Of a DNA stretch of 64,000 bases, positions 48,556 to 58,924 are shown piece after piece. The stretch is from positions 186,001 to 250,000 of IMG/VR virus record IMGVR_UViG_3300042934_000594. One strand, given 5' to 3'. The first letter of the stretch is position 1. Every line of letters starts with the position of its first letter. The translations under genes and the position numbers were made by a program. The notes under the pieces are model-generated. The model searched no databases and was not told where the DNA came from. It saw nothing but the letters and a program-made list of their open reading frames with translations.

Positions 48556-49974
48556 ATGGCCCGTAAGACTCCAGCCGTAGAACCAGTTGAAACTGTGACA
48601 ACTGGTGCCAGCAAATTGCGTAAGTACCAGACCGAATACGAGGAAGCTCAGCGTAACGGCTTTACCGAAGACTACGCCAAGTTCGCCAGTCGCCACACCA
48701 GTAAGCTGCGGGCACAAGCCAAAGACCAACGCCTGGTCGATGACTTCAATGCGCGCAATCAGCAGCGCGCTCAGCCAGCGAAGAAGGCTCAGCCTAAACC
48801 GTTGACGCATTCGGCGCTGAACGCCAAGATCATTGACGACCTGAACTTGCTCAAGAGCAATCCTGACCAGGTCTGGACCTATATCCTCAACACGTTCTCA
48901 GACGTGGTGGGGTCGGTGAACGGCATGACCATCAAGGACATCGTCGACTCACTGCCGGCGGTTGAAGACCCTGCGCTGATGCAACAGCCAACCGATGCAC
49001 CGATCAAACAGGACTTCACGCCTGAGGAGCTGGCGAAGTTGGTTGGTGTTTCAGGTTCTGGTCAATTGACCCCAGAACAACTCAAAGAAGCCGTACACCT
49101 GGCGTTCCAGGAAATCGCGGCTCGGCGTCGGGATCGGGTGCGCACCCGCAAGGAAGAGGCGGCAGCACAAGAAAACCTTAACCGCGAGAAGGCTGAGGAG
49201 GAGCGCTTTCAAGCGCGCCACAAACGTCATCCGCTGGTCGAAGGGTTGGAGGTGGCCTTCCTTCAGAACTACACCCCAAGCCTTCAGGACCCGACTTACG
49301 GTTTTGTTCTGCGTACCTTCAAACGCAATGCTCAGCAATACCCACTGTACTACCGCCTGTACGACACACGCAACATGACACGGGGGTACAGGAGTCGGCA
49401 CGAGGAAGAATTGATTGGACGGGGCGCTGAAGCACGGGGTCGTAACCCGCTGTACAACGCCGGTTTACCGACTGGGCGTGACGAGAGCTTTATCGCTCAG
49501 CAGGTGCAAGCGTTGGCGCAGTCACTCTTCGGTGACGACGATTGGGTGTTCCGTGGGATCCAGGTCCACGAGACATTCGAAATGCCAGACGTCCATACCC
49601 GGCAACTCTTCCCACTGCATGACTTTGGTCGGTTCACTGGCCAAATCATCATCGACAAGTACACCCGCCTTAACGTCGGTGCCTCAGCCGAGTCCAGCGG
49701 TTACTACCCCGTAGGTGGTTTCAGCATCGTCCTGCCATTCGACGGCAAGATGCGGCACTACCGCATTCAGGCAACACTGGAGTCGGTGCTCCCCGCTGAC
49801 GTCCCGCTGGGTGAAGGTGACGCACGTTACGTGGCTAAGCGCCTTGCTGAACTGTTGGCGGCAACCGATTCCAGTCTGATCGGTGTGGCCCACGTTCTCT
49901 ACCAAGCTTCACCCACCGGCAACGAAGAACGCGGGATGGTCACTCCCGCCATTGACATCGACATTACCGTCTAA
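48556..49974 (+). CDS. Hypothetical protein (472 aa)
   Basis: AAGGA RBS; long ORF with phage-like codon usage. Confidence 0.8.
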   Translation: MARKTPAVEPVETVTTGASKLRKYQTEYEEAQRNGFTEDYAKFASRHTSKLRAQAKDQRLVDDFNARNQQRAQPAKKAQPKPLTHSALNAKIIDDLNLLKSNPDQVWTYILNTFSDVVGSVNGMTIKDIVDSLPAVEDPALMQQPTDAPIKQDFTPEELAKLVGVSGSGQLTPEQLKEAVHLAFQEIAARRRDRVRTRKEEAAAQENLNREKAEEERFQARHKRHPLVEGLEVAFLQNYTPSLQDPTYGFVLRTFKRNAQQYPLYYRLYDTRNMTRGYRSRHEEELIGRGAEARGRNPLYNAGLPTGRDESFIAQQVQALAQSLFGDDDWVFRGIQVHETFEMPDVHTRQLFPLHDFGRFTGQIIIDKYTRLNVGASAESSGYYPVGGFSIVLPFDGKMRHYRIQATLESVLPADVPLGEGDARYVAKRLAELLAATDSSLIGVAHVLYQASPTGNEERGMVTPAIDIDITV

Positions 49975-50043
49975 CCCCAACCGGGGGTAAGCAGCGGATG
50001 CTTGCCCCCTTCCTATCTATATAGGTCAAACAGGAAGAACACC

Positions 50044-50505
50044 ATGGCCGTACATAACCACTCCCTGGACCCAGGATCGCATCCACCTCGGATCGACCCG
50101 AAACATCAGGTGTTGCTTCACCGTGTGAAGACGTATGAAGACATGCGCGCCGGTTTTGCAGCAGCGATGCAGCAGTTTGCAACTAACACTGCGCCCGTGA
50201 CACTGTGTATGAACGACCCCATTCAAGCGCTGATGATTTTCGCTTTAAGTGGCGATAAGACGCGCTACGCGTTCAAACACTGGGCTGTACATCTGCACAA
50301 AGTGACGAAAGGTAAAGTTTCGTTCGTGGGAGCGCGGGAGTTACTCGCCCAATCGATCGGCTACGACTGTTACCTCTCCGCTAAGCAGAGTGAGGTGGAC
50401 TACACCTACAGCAACGCCCGTGGACCGAGCTGCCTGAATGAGCGGTTCTTCCTGAGCGAGGCTGCGCGAAACTGGTTCGCTCGTACTGATGTAAAGATCC
50501 ATTAA
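50044..50505 (+). CDS. Hypothetical protein
   Basis: ATG at 50044 with AGGAAG RBS. Confidence 0.65.
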   Translation: MAVHNHSLDPGSHPPRIDPKHQVLLHRVKTYEDMRAGFAAAMQQFATNTAPVTLCMNDPIQALMIFALSGDKTRYAFKHWAVHLHKVTKGKVSFVGARELLAQSIGYDCYLSAKQSEVDYTYSNARGPSCLNERFFLSEAARNWFARTDVKIH

Positions 50506-50562
50506 AATGTCATAGGGGGCACTGTTGCCCTTTATGCCGTCACCTCACATTCTGGAATCACC

Positions 50563-50925
50563 ATGACTCACACCGAAGAGAAGTCACCCCGTTGGGCACG
50601 CATCCCTCTGCGCAACCTGCGACTGGGCGACACGTTCACCGATCGACAAGCCGGTCAGGAGTTCACCGTGGTCAGCGAACGTTGCACCACGCCAGACATC
50701 GTGGTCGAGAACGGTAAGCTGCGTGCTGGGGACCGCCTGATCTGCGACGTCTTGATTCTGTCGTATGACCTGGACAACCATCAGAGCCGTGCAGAGCTCA
50801 GCCTGCTGACCCGTGAGCTGACGGTTTTCAACCACGACGGCAGTTCCACCCAACAACCTTATCCAGAAACGGCTCTGACGCGTTTTGCGAGCACCGAGTG
50901 GCTTAAGCTCTGGGATGTTACTTGA
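50563..50925 (+). CDS. Hypothetical protein
   Basis: ORF bounded by hairpins. Confidence 0.65.
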   Translation: MTHTEEKSPRWARIPLRNLRLGDTFTDRQAGQEFTVVSERCTTPDIVVENGKLRAGDRLICDVLILSYDLDNHQSRAELSLLTRELTVFNHDGSSTQQPYPETALTRFASTEWLKLWDVT

Positions 50926-51033
50926 TTGAACGAAGTCGGCGTAGAGGGGCTTATAGGCCCCTCTGTGACCGCCTTTTTCTTTTTGTTCGAATAGTATGTA
51001 CGCTACACCTTTTCTAAGTTTGAGGAACTCTGT

Positions 51034-51468
51034 ATGAGCAACTTGTGGATCGATTGCGAATTTAACTCAGGGGGTGGTGACCTGATCTCGTTGGCACTGG
51101 TCAATGAGGACGGCAGTCGGGAGTTTTACGAGGTCGTTGAATGCAAACAACCCATCGATCCATGGGTCGCTGAACACGTGATGCCTTTCCTGGAGAAGGA
51201 GGCGTTGAGTCACGATGAGTTCCAGGCGCGGTTGCAAAAGTTCCTCAAACAGTTTCCTGGCATTAGCGTCTATGCCAACCATCCGGCTGACTTTAAGTAC
51301 TTCATGCAGGCCGTCGAGTTCACCCAGGGTAAGTGGATGATGATCCAGCCCTTGACGATGATCCTGGATGATGACATCTCCGGTAAAGGCTCCAAGGTCC
51401 CCCACAATGCTTTGCACGACGCCCGCGCCAGTCGTGATAGCTGGATGAAGAATAACGGCTACTTATAG
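51034..51468 (+). CDS. DEDDh 3'-5' exo(ribo)nuclease (Rv2179c-like)
   Basis: WIDCEF...LISLALV...WVAEHVMP...D...HNALHDARA. Confidence 0.85.
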   Translation: MSNLWIDCEFNSGGGDLISLALVNEDGSREFYEVVECKQPIDPWVAEHVMPFLEKEALSHDEFQARLQKFLKQFPGISVYANHPADFKYFMQAVEFTQGKWMMIQPLTMILDDDISGKGSKVPHNALHDARASRDSWMKNNGYL

Positions 51469-51487
51469 CCATCCAGGATTTACCATC

Positions 51488-52192
51488 ATGCACCATCCCC
51501 GAAAAGAACATGCCTTAGAGGTGATTCTCCGACGCCCTCTACGAAAGAGTCGCGCGGAAACCATTTTGCGGATGCTCATGGCATCCAGCTACCCGCACGC
51601 TACCCTGGCAAACCTAACCCTTGAACTGAGCCGCATGGGCGGTGTCGAGAAGGGTGAGCTGGAGCGTGTGTCTGAAGAGCTGCGCGACATGGAGCGCAGT
51701 TTTGACATGATGGACTTTATCCGCTGTGTGGAAATCAAGCGCAACCAAGAACGGGTCACCGTGGTGGTCAAGCGTCTGAAGATCACGCCGTCGATGCAGA
51801 CCATCAAAGACACGCAGTTGCACCATGAGCCGTTAACGTCTTCAAACATTGATGTCGGGGAAGGCTTGGTGTTGGCCGATACCGAAGCGATGGCGAAGAC
51901 GCTGTTGGATGCGTTTCACCGGACTCAGGTCAAGCAGCCCGCCGTGGGCCGTGCGATCGAACAGTCGCTGTGGGTGCAGCGCCGCAAAGACCCAGATTCC
52001 AGCGCAGTGTCACCCGAAGGGGCCTGTAACAAGTTTATTGACCTGAAGATTGATTTCTCCCAGGCCGGTACCTTGATTAAAGCGTCTTTGGACAAGGACA
52101 AGTTTCACCTGATCCTGACCCAAGATACGATTCTCCTGTTGGATCAAGAGACGCGTCTGTGGTTGGTCGAAGCCGAAGCACCTGCGCCGTAA
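51488..52192 (+). CDS. Hypothetical protein
   Basis: 234-aa ORF ending at a hairpin. Confidence 0.7.
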   Translation: MHHPRKEHALEVILRRPLRKSRAETILRMLMASSYPHATLANLTLELSRMGGVEKGELERVSEELRDMERSFDMMDFIRCVEIKRNQERVTVVVKRLKITPSMQTIKDTQLHHEPLTSSNIDVGEGLVLADTEAMAKTLLDAFHRTQVKQPAVGRAIEQSLWVQRRKDPDSSAVSPEGACNKFIDLKIDFSQAGTLIKASLDKDKFHLILTQDTILLLDQETRLWLVEAEAPAP

Positions 52193-52232
52193 CGGCATAG
52201 ACGCCTCCCACTGGGGAGGCGCTTATGTTGTC
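52192..52232. terminator. Bidirectional hairpin of the CATA/TATG family
   Basis: CGGCATA-GACGCCTCCC ACTG GGGAGGCG-CTTATGTTG between convergent genes. Confidence 0.7.
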
Positions 52233-54008
52233 TCAGTGCTTCACCAGGTTACCGGCTTGGCCAACGTGGTAAAACCCCTTGCCGTTGGTGCTGCTGATCC
52301 AACGCCCGTACTCCAAGAAGTTCAGGAAATTGGCCCCCTCCATTCGCACCGCCGTGTTGCCGGAGGGGTAGTACCAGACCTGATCCGGTAACACCAAGGC
52401 TGCACGCTTGCGGTCTGGGTTACTGGCAGCATTAAGCTCTGCCACCGAATCGTACACCGGCAAACTCACCAGGCTCAACACCCCCATCACTGACTGCACG
52501 ATGGGCCCGTCCTTGTGCACCGCCACTGGCAATTGCTGAGGGTGGTTAGCATTGTCACTGAAGTAAGCCTGGGCGTAAGCCTGCACTTTGGCGTACGCTT
52601 GTTGCCAGGTCAGGCTTGCGTATTCGTCACGGGCAAACTGACGGATCACGTAAGCATGGTTCAGCACACCCTTGACCTTGTTGGCGTTGTCCACCGTGAA
52701 CTTGATGCCGTAGTTGTACGGCGTAGTAAACCGGTGTTCAATGACGTCTCCGTGGCGCAATTCAAAGCCGCGCACGCTGCCGGTCAACCAAGTGTACGTG
52801 GTTTGCACCCCGTTAAATTGGAAGTTACCCAGCAAGATCCCATTGCGGTACACCCCACCCATAAAGGTCGGGGGTTGAGCGATGGTGGTTTTAAGGGACC
52901 CATCCCACGCCCGTTTGAACGTGGTGTGTTTGTCCCCCAGCTGCTGCCCCGTCGCATTGAGGTGGAACAGAAACTCCCCCTTAATGATGGTGTACTTGTA
53001 CTTCCCTGTCACCAGCGTACCGTCTTTCATGACCACCAGGAAGTTGATCTGGTTCTCCCCCTCGGTGGCCAAAGGGATCGCCGGGATGTTACCTGGGGTG
53101 TAGGTCGGGTATTCAGTGACCACCACTTTGGATTCAGACGGGCCGGCGTAGATGTCCTCACTGTCCAACATGCCGTTGTACAGAGGATGGTCCCCGTACG
53201 TACGGCGCAGGAAACCTACGTTGACCGGCGAGCGGTCAAAGTTACCCGTGAAGAACGAACCGAAATTCACCATGACCCGGTTAGCGGTGGCGTAGAAGCC
53301 GGCACCGGCTGGGGTGGTGACCTGTTTGATGTCGGTCTGCACATTTGTGCCGTGGTCCGTGATGAAGATCAGGCCGTTACCCTGTTCCCGGTACGTCACC
53401 AAATCTGTGATCGCCGCTGGAGTGATCAACTCAGGGTTGTTGGGGGCGTAGGCGGTGGAGTACATCACCACACAGCAGTAAGCATCCAATTCACTGAACG
53501 TACAGCCCAGGACGCCGCCTGGGTAATCGGTCAGGTCCTTGTACACGCCGGTGAAACCCATCAGCGCTAACAGCCCCTGCATAGAGGTGTTAAACCCATC
53601 AGCCCCGGTAGACTTCACCGCGTAGCTTGCGGTGATCGGGTTGTCTCCCAGAAACAGCACTTTCTTATTGCCAGCCGCGACCTTGGCTGCGTTGGCACAA
53701 AAGTGAATGGCGTTCCACAGGTACTTGTAACCCCCGGGGAGCTGGCTGAAGCTGGTGAAGTTCGTCCACGTGGAGTTATAGAACTTAGGGAAGCCGCCGT
53801 CGTACACCACATTACCCTTACCGTCCTGGGTCACGGCGATGAAAGGGTTGGGGGGTGTTAAGGTGTCGTAGGCGATGTACTCCGACAGTGCCGGAGGAAT
53901 GTCATTGACACTGTAGGCCACCCGTTCGACCTGGGGGTCGAACGTCCAGGTGGTGTCCGCGCGATCAGGGTAGAACTGTGGCGCAAGACCCGGGTTGATG
54001 ATGGACAT
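52233..54008 (-). CDS. Putative virion structural (fibre/decoration) protein
   Basis: 591 aa; GNVVYDGGFPKFYN motif seen in jumbo-phage virion proteins; aromatic beta-rich composition. Confidence 0.6.
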   Translation of the reverse strand: MSIINPGLAPQFYPDRADTTWTFDPQVERVAYSVNDIPPALSEYIAYDTLTPPNPFIAVTQDGKGNVVYDGGFPKFYNSTWTNFTSFSQLPGGYKYLWNAIHFCANAAKVAAGNKKVLFLGDNPITASYAVKSTGADGFNTSMQGLLALMGFTGVYKDLTDYPGGVLGCTFSELDAYCCVVMYSTAYAPNNPELITPAAITDLVTYREQGNGLIFITDHGTNVQTDIKQVTTPAGAGFYATANRVMVNFGSFFTGNFDRSPVNVGFLRRTYGDHPLYNGMLDSEDIYAGPSESKVVVTEYPTYTPGNIPAIPLATEGENQINFLVVMKDGTLVTGKYKYTIIKGEFLFHLNATGQQLGDKHTTFKRAWDGSLKTTIAQPPTFMGGVYRNGILLGNFQFNGVQTTYTWLTGSVRGFELRHGDVIEHRFTTPYNYGIKFTVDNANKVKGVLNHAYVIRQFARDEYASLTWQQAYAKVQAYAQAYFSDNANHPQQLPVAVHKDGPIVQSVMGVLSLVSLPVYDSVAELNAASNPDRKRAALVLPDQVWYYPSGNTAVRMEGANFLNFLEYGRWISSTNGKGFYHVGQAGNLVKH

Positions 54009-54016
54009 GGTTCACC

Positions 54017-54370
54017 TTACGCGGCTTTGAGTTTGGTCGGTGCGTCACAGCGCACAAACACGGTCAGCGGAGCGCTGTGATAATTCTGCACGATAACGGA
54101 CCCGTCATCCTTCAACCCCACCGTGATCAACATCTCAGAGTTGATAAAGTACCCATTGGTGGGAGACGTCGTATCAGTGTCCAGCACCGTGGCCACGATG
54201 CGTGCAGACAAGGGATCGAACTTGGCCAAGTCTACCCCCAGGGTGGCCAGGTTGTACGTCTTGGTGGCGCCTGAGGGCAGCGTGATCTTTTCGCTGATCA
54301 CCGGCTTGACGCGGGCTTTGATGGCAGAGAAATAGTTGGCCACCGCTGTAAGTAAACGAGATTGCGACAT
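54017..54370 (-). CDS. Small virion structural protein paired with the 591-aa protein
   Basis: VLDTDTTSPTNGYFINSE motif; co-oriented with the neighbour. Confidence 0.6.
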   Translation of the reverse strand: MSQSRLLTAVANYFSAIKARVKPVISEKITLPSGATKTYNLATLGVDLAKFDPLSARIVATVLDTDTTSPTNGYFINSEMLITVGLKDDGSVIVQNYHSAPLTVFVRCDAPTKLKAA

Positions 54371-54390
54371 GTGGAGTACTCTTAAAGGGA

Positions 54391-56511
54391 TTACCAGTTA
54401 CTCAGGTATGCCGGTACGGACACACGAGGTGCACACACCACCTGAGGCATGAAGTCTTCTTGACTGATCATGATGTCAGTGCCGTCAAACAGCGCCTGAA
54501 CGTGTCGGTGCATCAGACGGTTCTCATCCAGCTCCTGCTCGTCATCGAACGCTTCCACCGCCACCCCTTCAGCAAAGGGTGACTTGATCCCCATGATGGC
54601 TTCCACCATTTCCTGCGACCAGGCCAGGATGTCCGCTGAACGGGTCGAGATGTTCGGCCGGTCACCGGTGTCCAAGCGTACCTTCCACACCACGGTCTGG
54701 GTAGTCGCCCCGATCCGGTGGATACGGGAAATGGCCTGCTCATTGATGTATGCCCGGAAGGGATCGTTGAGCATGATCATGTTGTCCGCCATCACCAGCG
54801 GTACCGCGGTGGACAGTGAGTTGAAGGTGGCAAGCAGCGGGTTGATGTGCACGTCCGATTCAAACCGAGCCACGGTGTTGGCCAACTCGTTGTTGGTCTT
54901 ACCGTAGACCGTCAGTGGATTGAGTCCCACTGTGGAACAGTGCCGGTCCATCGCTTCCAGCGCTTCTACAAAGCTGGTGAACACCACCGTCTTCTTGGTG
55001 GTCGAGTCGCAGACCCCCACAAAGTCAACATGAGGTACCATCGCTACGTGGCATTCAATCCGAGCCCGCCCCAGGACACGCCCTAAGCACTCGCCCTGGA
55101 TCTTAAGCGACACGTACTTGATGATGGTCTTGGTCTCCTTAAACCGTTCCACCATCTCCCGGGGGAGTGTGGGTTGGAAGACCTTCTTCTCGTACACGTT
55201 GCAAAAGCGGATCTCTTCCCCGATGTACCGAGGGTCCGCAGTACGGACCACGATGTTCAGCACCCGCAAGTATTCACTGAACCCTTTACGGGCTGCTGTG
55301 CTTTTGAGGCTGGCTTCGTGAACACTCAAACACTGTTTCCAGAAAGCTTCGTCCTCCTTACGGCATCCCTCGTAGTAACGGGACCGCTCCAGGATGAACT
55401 TTTGCATCAATCCCTTGATGGACTCCAAGGTGAAGGCGTCCCCATTGGGGATGGTCACCGGCAGGATCTTCATGATCGGATCAGCCAGCTTGAGCTCGGA
55501 CTTCTCGACCTTGTAGGAGATCAACCCCATGCGGTGCTTGAGAATGTCCAAGCCTTTATTCGCACTGGAGCCGTAGATCTTCTTGAAGCGCATCTCAGCA
55601 TCAGCATTAAAGCGGGGATCAATGCTGCGTAGCATCGGGATGCATTCCGAACCCAAGGCTTTGATCGGTGTGCCCGAGGCCCACAGGGTGTCCTGCGAGT
55701 CCACCATCCGGTCAACCTCCAGGAAGTTCTGGGTGCGCTGACTGGTCAGTTCATTGAGGAAATGGGATTCGTCGAGAATCACCATCACCGACTTGCCTTC
55801 CTTGCGCAGCATCTCCGCAATGTGCTGGATCTTGCCGAGGGATTCAAAGTGCACGATCAAGTACTTCTCACCGCGGTACTCGTGTCCTTGGGCCTCGATC
55901 CAGTAGGTCGGGGTTTCCTTGAACAGCTTGAGCATGCCGTCCTTTTCCCAGACCCGCTCGGTGGCGTTCAAGGGACAGGCCACCAGCACGTGATCCACGT
56001 CCAGGCACTCTGCCACCGCACAGCAGGTAAAGGTCTTACCCGAACCTGCCGCAGCAGCCAGTAGATAACCGCGCAGCCCGTAGGCGGTCACCAGGGTGCT
56101 GTAGGTCTCCAGGAAGCGCTGTTGGAACGGCAGCGGTGTGTACTTAAGCCGTGACAGGTTCTTAAGGTTCAGCCGCTCTGGAGCGTCTGCATCGGGCTTG
56201 GTGTTCTTAAGCCAGGTGTGCTCTTCCAGCGCATCACGCAGGTTGGTCAATACCCGCGTGGAAGTGAACCGTGATCGCTTGGTGGACACCAGGGTGTCCA
56301 GGATGTAGACGATCTCTGGGGCAAAGAAGGGGTTGAAGCTGAAACTGTTCTTACCGAAGTCTGAGAACATCCACTCATTGACTTTGGATGTCTTCCAAAT
56401 GCGCAGGATGTCGCGCTGCATGATGTCACCGGGAATACCGCTGACTTCGATCAGGCGGTCAGTCGCGGTAACCTTGATTGTTCCTATTAGCCGCCGAAAG
56501 CCACCTAACAT
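54391..56511 (-). CDS. SF2 (SNF2/DEAD-like) helicase, phiKZ gp203-like
   Basis: AAGSGKT, ILDESH, SGTP and EQAISRIHRIG motifs. Confidence 0.9.
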   Translation of the reverse strand: MLGGFRRLIGTIKVTATDRLIEVSGIPGDIMQRDILRIWKTSKVNEWMFSDFGKNSFSFNPFFAPEIVYILDTLVSTKRSRFTSTRVLTNLRDALEEHTWLKNTKPDADAPERLNLKNLSRLKYTPLPFQQRFLETYSTLVTAYGLRGYLLAAAAGSGKTFTCCAVAECLDVDHVLVACPLNATERVWEKDGMLKLFKETPTYWIEAQGHEYRGEKYLIVHFESLGKIQHIAEMLRKEGKSVMVILDESHFLNELTSQRTQNFLEVDRMVDSQDTLWASGTPIKALGSECIPMLRSIDPRFNADAEMRFKKIYGSSANKGLDILKHRMGLISYKVEKSELKLADPIMKILPVTIPNGDAFTLESIKGLMQKFILERSRYYEGCRKEDEAFWKQCLSVHEASLKSTAARKGFSEYLRVLNIVVRTADPRYIGEEIRFCNVYEKKVFQPTLPREMVERFKETKTIIKYVSLKIQGECLGRVLGRARIECHVAMVPHVDFVGVCDSTTKKTVVFTSFVEALEAMDRHCSTVGLNPLTVYGKTNNELANTVARFESDVHINPLLATFNSLSTAVPLVMADNMIMLNDPFRAYINEQAISRIHRIGATTQTVVWKVRLDTGDRPNISTRSADILAWSQEMVEAIMGIKSPFAEGVAVEAFDDEQELDENRLMHRHVQALFDGTDIMISQEDFMPQVVCAPRVSVPAYLSNW

Positions 56512-56777
56512 GTTACACCTCAAAATGCTAAAGAAATCGGACCTATAGGATCTGATTGTAAAGGCTTTAGAGTTTATATCATGCTTAGGAGGAAACTACT
56601 GAGGGACTTTTACTGACTCGATTAGTAGTATGTTCTTTCACCCCGAATCCCCTGAGTAGTGAGCTCGTTTTGACTCTGTCAAACTTGCACATTAAAGGGG
56701 GGTTTGGGGGGTTTCTTAAACCAGCGAGAGGTGAGTGTAACGAACCTCTCTACGTATATACCCGAAGGGGAATACAC

Positions 56778-57188
56778 ATGAGTCTTGTAGACATACAGGT
56801 TGAGGGACATCAAGTGAGTCTCGAGGAAGAGACGATCAGGGAGATCATAGAGGCTAAGGGACCTAACGGTGAGTGGGACATCTACCACCTGGACAAGGTC
56901 ATCCTTCAATACCAGAACGCTCAGACCGAGACTGAGCGTGAACAGTTCCTGTATGAGATCAAAACCCGCACCGACAATGTCATCCGTACCCAATCAGGCT
57001 CTCCTACCGGCAGCATCGAAAGTGCTGTGCATTCAGCCGTGGAGCAAGTGCTTCGAGTGATTGACGGCAATGGGGACGACCGACCGGGGTATAACCTGAT
57101 TCCACGCGAATACGTCGGTCAACCCGAGCCCCAGTACGACATCGCCGGGGCATTGAGCGATGCCTACTTCACGATGATCAACACCTAA
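56778..57188 (+). CDS. Hypothetical protein, paralog family member 1 (C-terminus ...YFTMINT)
   Basis: ATG at 56778; shared C-terminal domain. Confidence 0.7.
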   Translation: MSLVDIQVEGHQVSLEEETIREIIEAKGPNGEWDIYHLDKVILQYQNAQTETEREQFLYEIKTRTDNVIRTQSGSPTGSIESAVHSAVEQVLRVIDGNGDDRPGYNLIPREYVGQPEPQYDIAGALSDAYFTMINT

Positions 57189-57197
57189 GGAGTTGTT

Positions 57198-57443
57198 ATG
57201 GCAGTAGCGCCCGATGTCACCCAACTGGTAGCGGCGTTAGACCCCGATCATCGCAGTAAGCTTGAGGCGTTTCTGACCGATTCCCGCTCAGGCTACTTAA
57301 AGCGGTTGGCCAGTGGTATGGATCACAAACAACTCAGTAGCCGTAAACTGTGGCGCGACTTGAATGATCGTGCCCAAGCGATGGTTACTGAGAACCTTCT
57401 CATGCTCCAACAACAGTGGTTAAAAGGCTATGGTTATCTCTGA
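57198..57443 (+). CDS. Hypothetical protein
   Basis: AAGGAG RBS. Confidence 0.65.
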   Translation: MAVAPDVTQLVAALDPDHRSKLEAFLTDSRSGYLKRLASGMDHKQLSSRKLWRDLNDRAQAMVTENLLMLQQQWLKGYGYL

Positions 57444-58140
57444 CAAGGCTGCGGTGGTGTCCGACGCCAAGCAACTGCATACCCTCATGCACCAACAGCA
57501 TGAGTACTACATGTCGGCGCCGGACAGTGAAACGTTTGAGTCGGTTGATGAGTTCATCGCCAACTGGAAAGACTACGACATCGACCTCAATCACATCGTA
57601 CGCTGGGACTTTAGCGTTCAGGACAGTGAGTACCCGGAAGAGACCAGAGACTACGGCCCTAAAGGCTGTACCTACGCCAACATCGTGTGGGTGATGCCTC
57701 GCAAGGGGTATTTGTTTGGCAACATCATCAAGGACGTCAAGGTCCACGAGACGCCGCGCTTGCTGGCGTTCCTACAGAAGCACTGGGGCTACATGCAGAA
57801 ACAGTGGGCGCCGGTGCCTGACGTGATCTACGACCCGGTCACCAGTGCACGCGGCGTGTTCCTGGACGCCGTCACCCGCATCACGGACTTTCAAACCACG
57901 CCAGTGTTTGACACCGACAAAGAGGTGACCTACACCGCCCAATCGGTGGACGAGCTGATTCACGCACGGGTCCATCAGACCGCGGTAGATATCTTGTCGC
58001 TGGTCGATACGGGCGTGGCGGGTGTCAACGAGGGCTACCACCTGATTCCGGTGGGGGACCTCAAAGCTGACGACCTCAACCACGTCAATGACCTCGCTGG
58101 GGAATTGGCAACCTGCTATTTCGACATGATCAATACCTAG
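57430..58140 (+). CDS. Two-domain hypothetical protein, paralog family member 2 (...YFDMINT)
   Basis: Aromatic-rich N-terminal domain (HEYY, RWDF, PRKG) fused to the shared C-terminal domain. Confidence 0.75.
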   Translation: MVISDKAAVVSDAKQLHTLMHQQHEYYMSAPDSETFESVDEFIANWKDYDIDLNHIVRWDFSVQDSEYPEETRDYGPKGCTYANIVWVMPRKGYLFGNIIKDVKVHETPRLLAFLQKHWGYMQKQWAPVPDVIYDPVTSARGVFLDAVTRITDFQTTPVFDTDKEVTYTAQSVDELIHARVHQTAVDILSLVDTGVAGVNEGYHLIPVGDLKADDLNHVNDLAGELATCYFDMINT

Positions 58141-58149
58141 GGGGTTACC

Positions 58150-58476
58150 GTGGGCGATCTACTGCAAGTCCAAGCACGGGGGCAAACTCACACCATCAAC
58201 TCCGTCGAAATCGGGTCACCGGAACTTGACACCGGGGGCTATAAAAACTACATCTGGAGTTACAACAGCAAGCACGGGCAGGGTGACGGCACTATCCGAG
58301 CCGTGTTTCTGGTATCGCCGGACAAAGAAGCCGCGGACAAGCTTCTGGTCCACACCCTGGAGAAACGCACCGCCAAGCACTGCATTGCCGGCTATGAAGG
58401 AGGCACCTGGTACGCCCGTAAAGAAGGTCCTTCCTTCTACGACGACGAGCCGGTCCTCAACGTCTGCTGGACGTAA
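58150..58476 (+). CDS. Hypothetical protein
   Basis: GTG start with GGGG RBS. Confidence 0.65.
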   Translation: MGDLLQVQARGQTHTINSVEIGSPELDTGGYKNYIWSYNSKHGQGDGTIRAVFLVSPDKEAADKLLVHTLEKRTAKHCIAGYEGGTWYARKEGPSFYDDEPVLNVCWT

Positions 58477-58481
58477 GGGCC

Positions 58482-58916
58482 ATGGACCCTCGCCTGGTAA
58501 TGGCCATCGCGGTGGACGACAGTGACCTGGACCACGAGGAAGCCAAGTTCCACTTTCGGGTCTACGGTGGGACCTGCTACCCCCATCGGGATACCTTAGC
58601 GGGTATCCCGCCCTGGGAAGTCAGCAGCACGGGTGAGGTAAAAGCGCATCCAGGTGGGCATTACCTGTTGCGCACGATCTGTCACGTGGTACAGAAGGTC
58701 CTGGATGAACACCCTCGCCAGTTCACCAAGGAGCAAGCACTGCTCTTTACCCATCAAGTCACGGCGCCCTTGTATTTCGAACAGAACCACCCGGACCTGG
58801 CGAACTACATCGCTACCATGGCCCTGCGTATTTGTTTACTGCTGCCCACTAAGGTATGGCGTATTCAACTACTGACCGTCCGTAAACGCATGCTGTACGT
58901 GCTACTTAACGACTAG
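58482..58916 (+). CDS. Hypothetical protein
   Basis: Tightly packed in the operon. Confidence 0.65.
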   Translation: MDPRLVMAIAVDDSDLDHEEAKFHFRVYGGTCYPHRDTLAGIPPWEVSSTGEVKAHPGGHYLLRTICHVVQKVLDEHPRQFTKEQALLFTHQVTAPLYFEQNHPDLANYIATMALRICLLLPTKVWRIQLLTVRKRMLYVLLND

Positions 58917-58924
58917 GAACTGCA

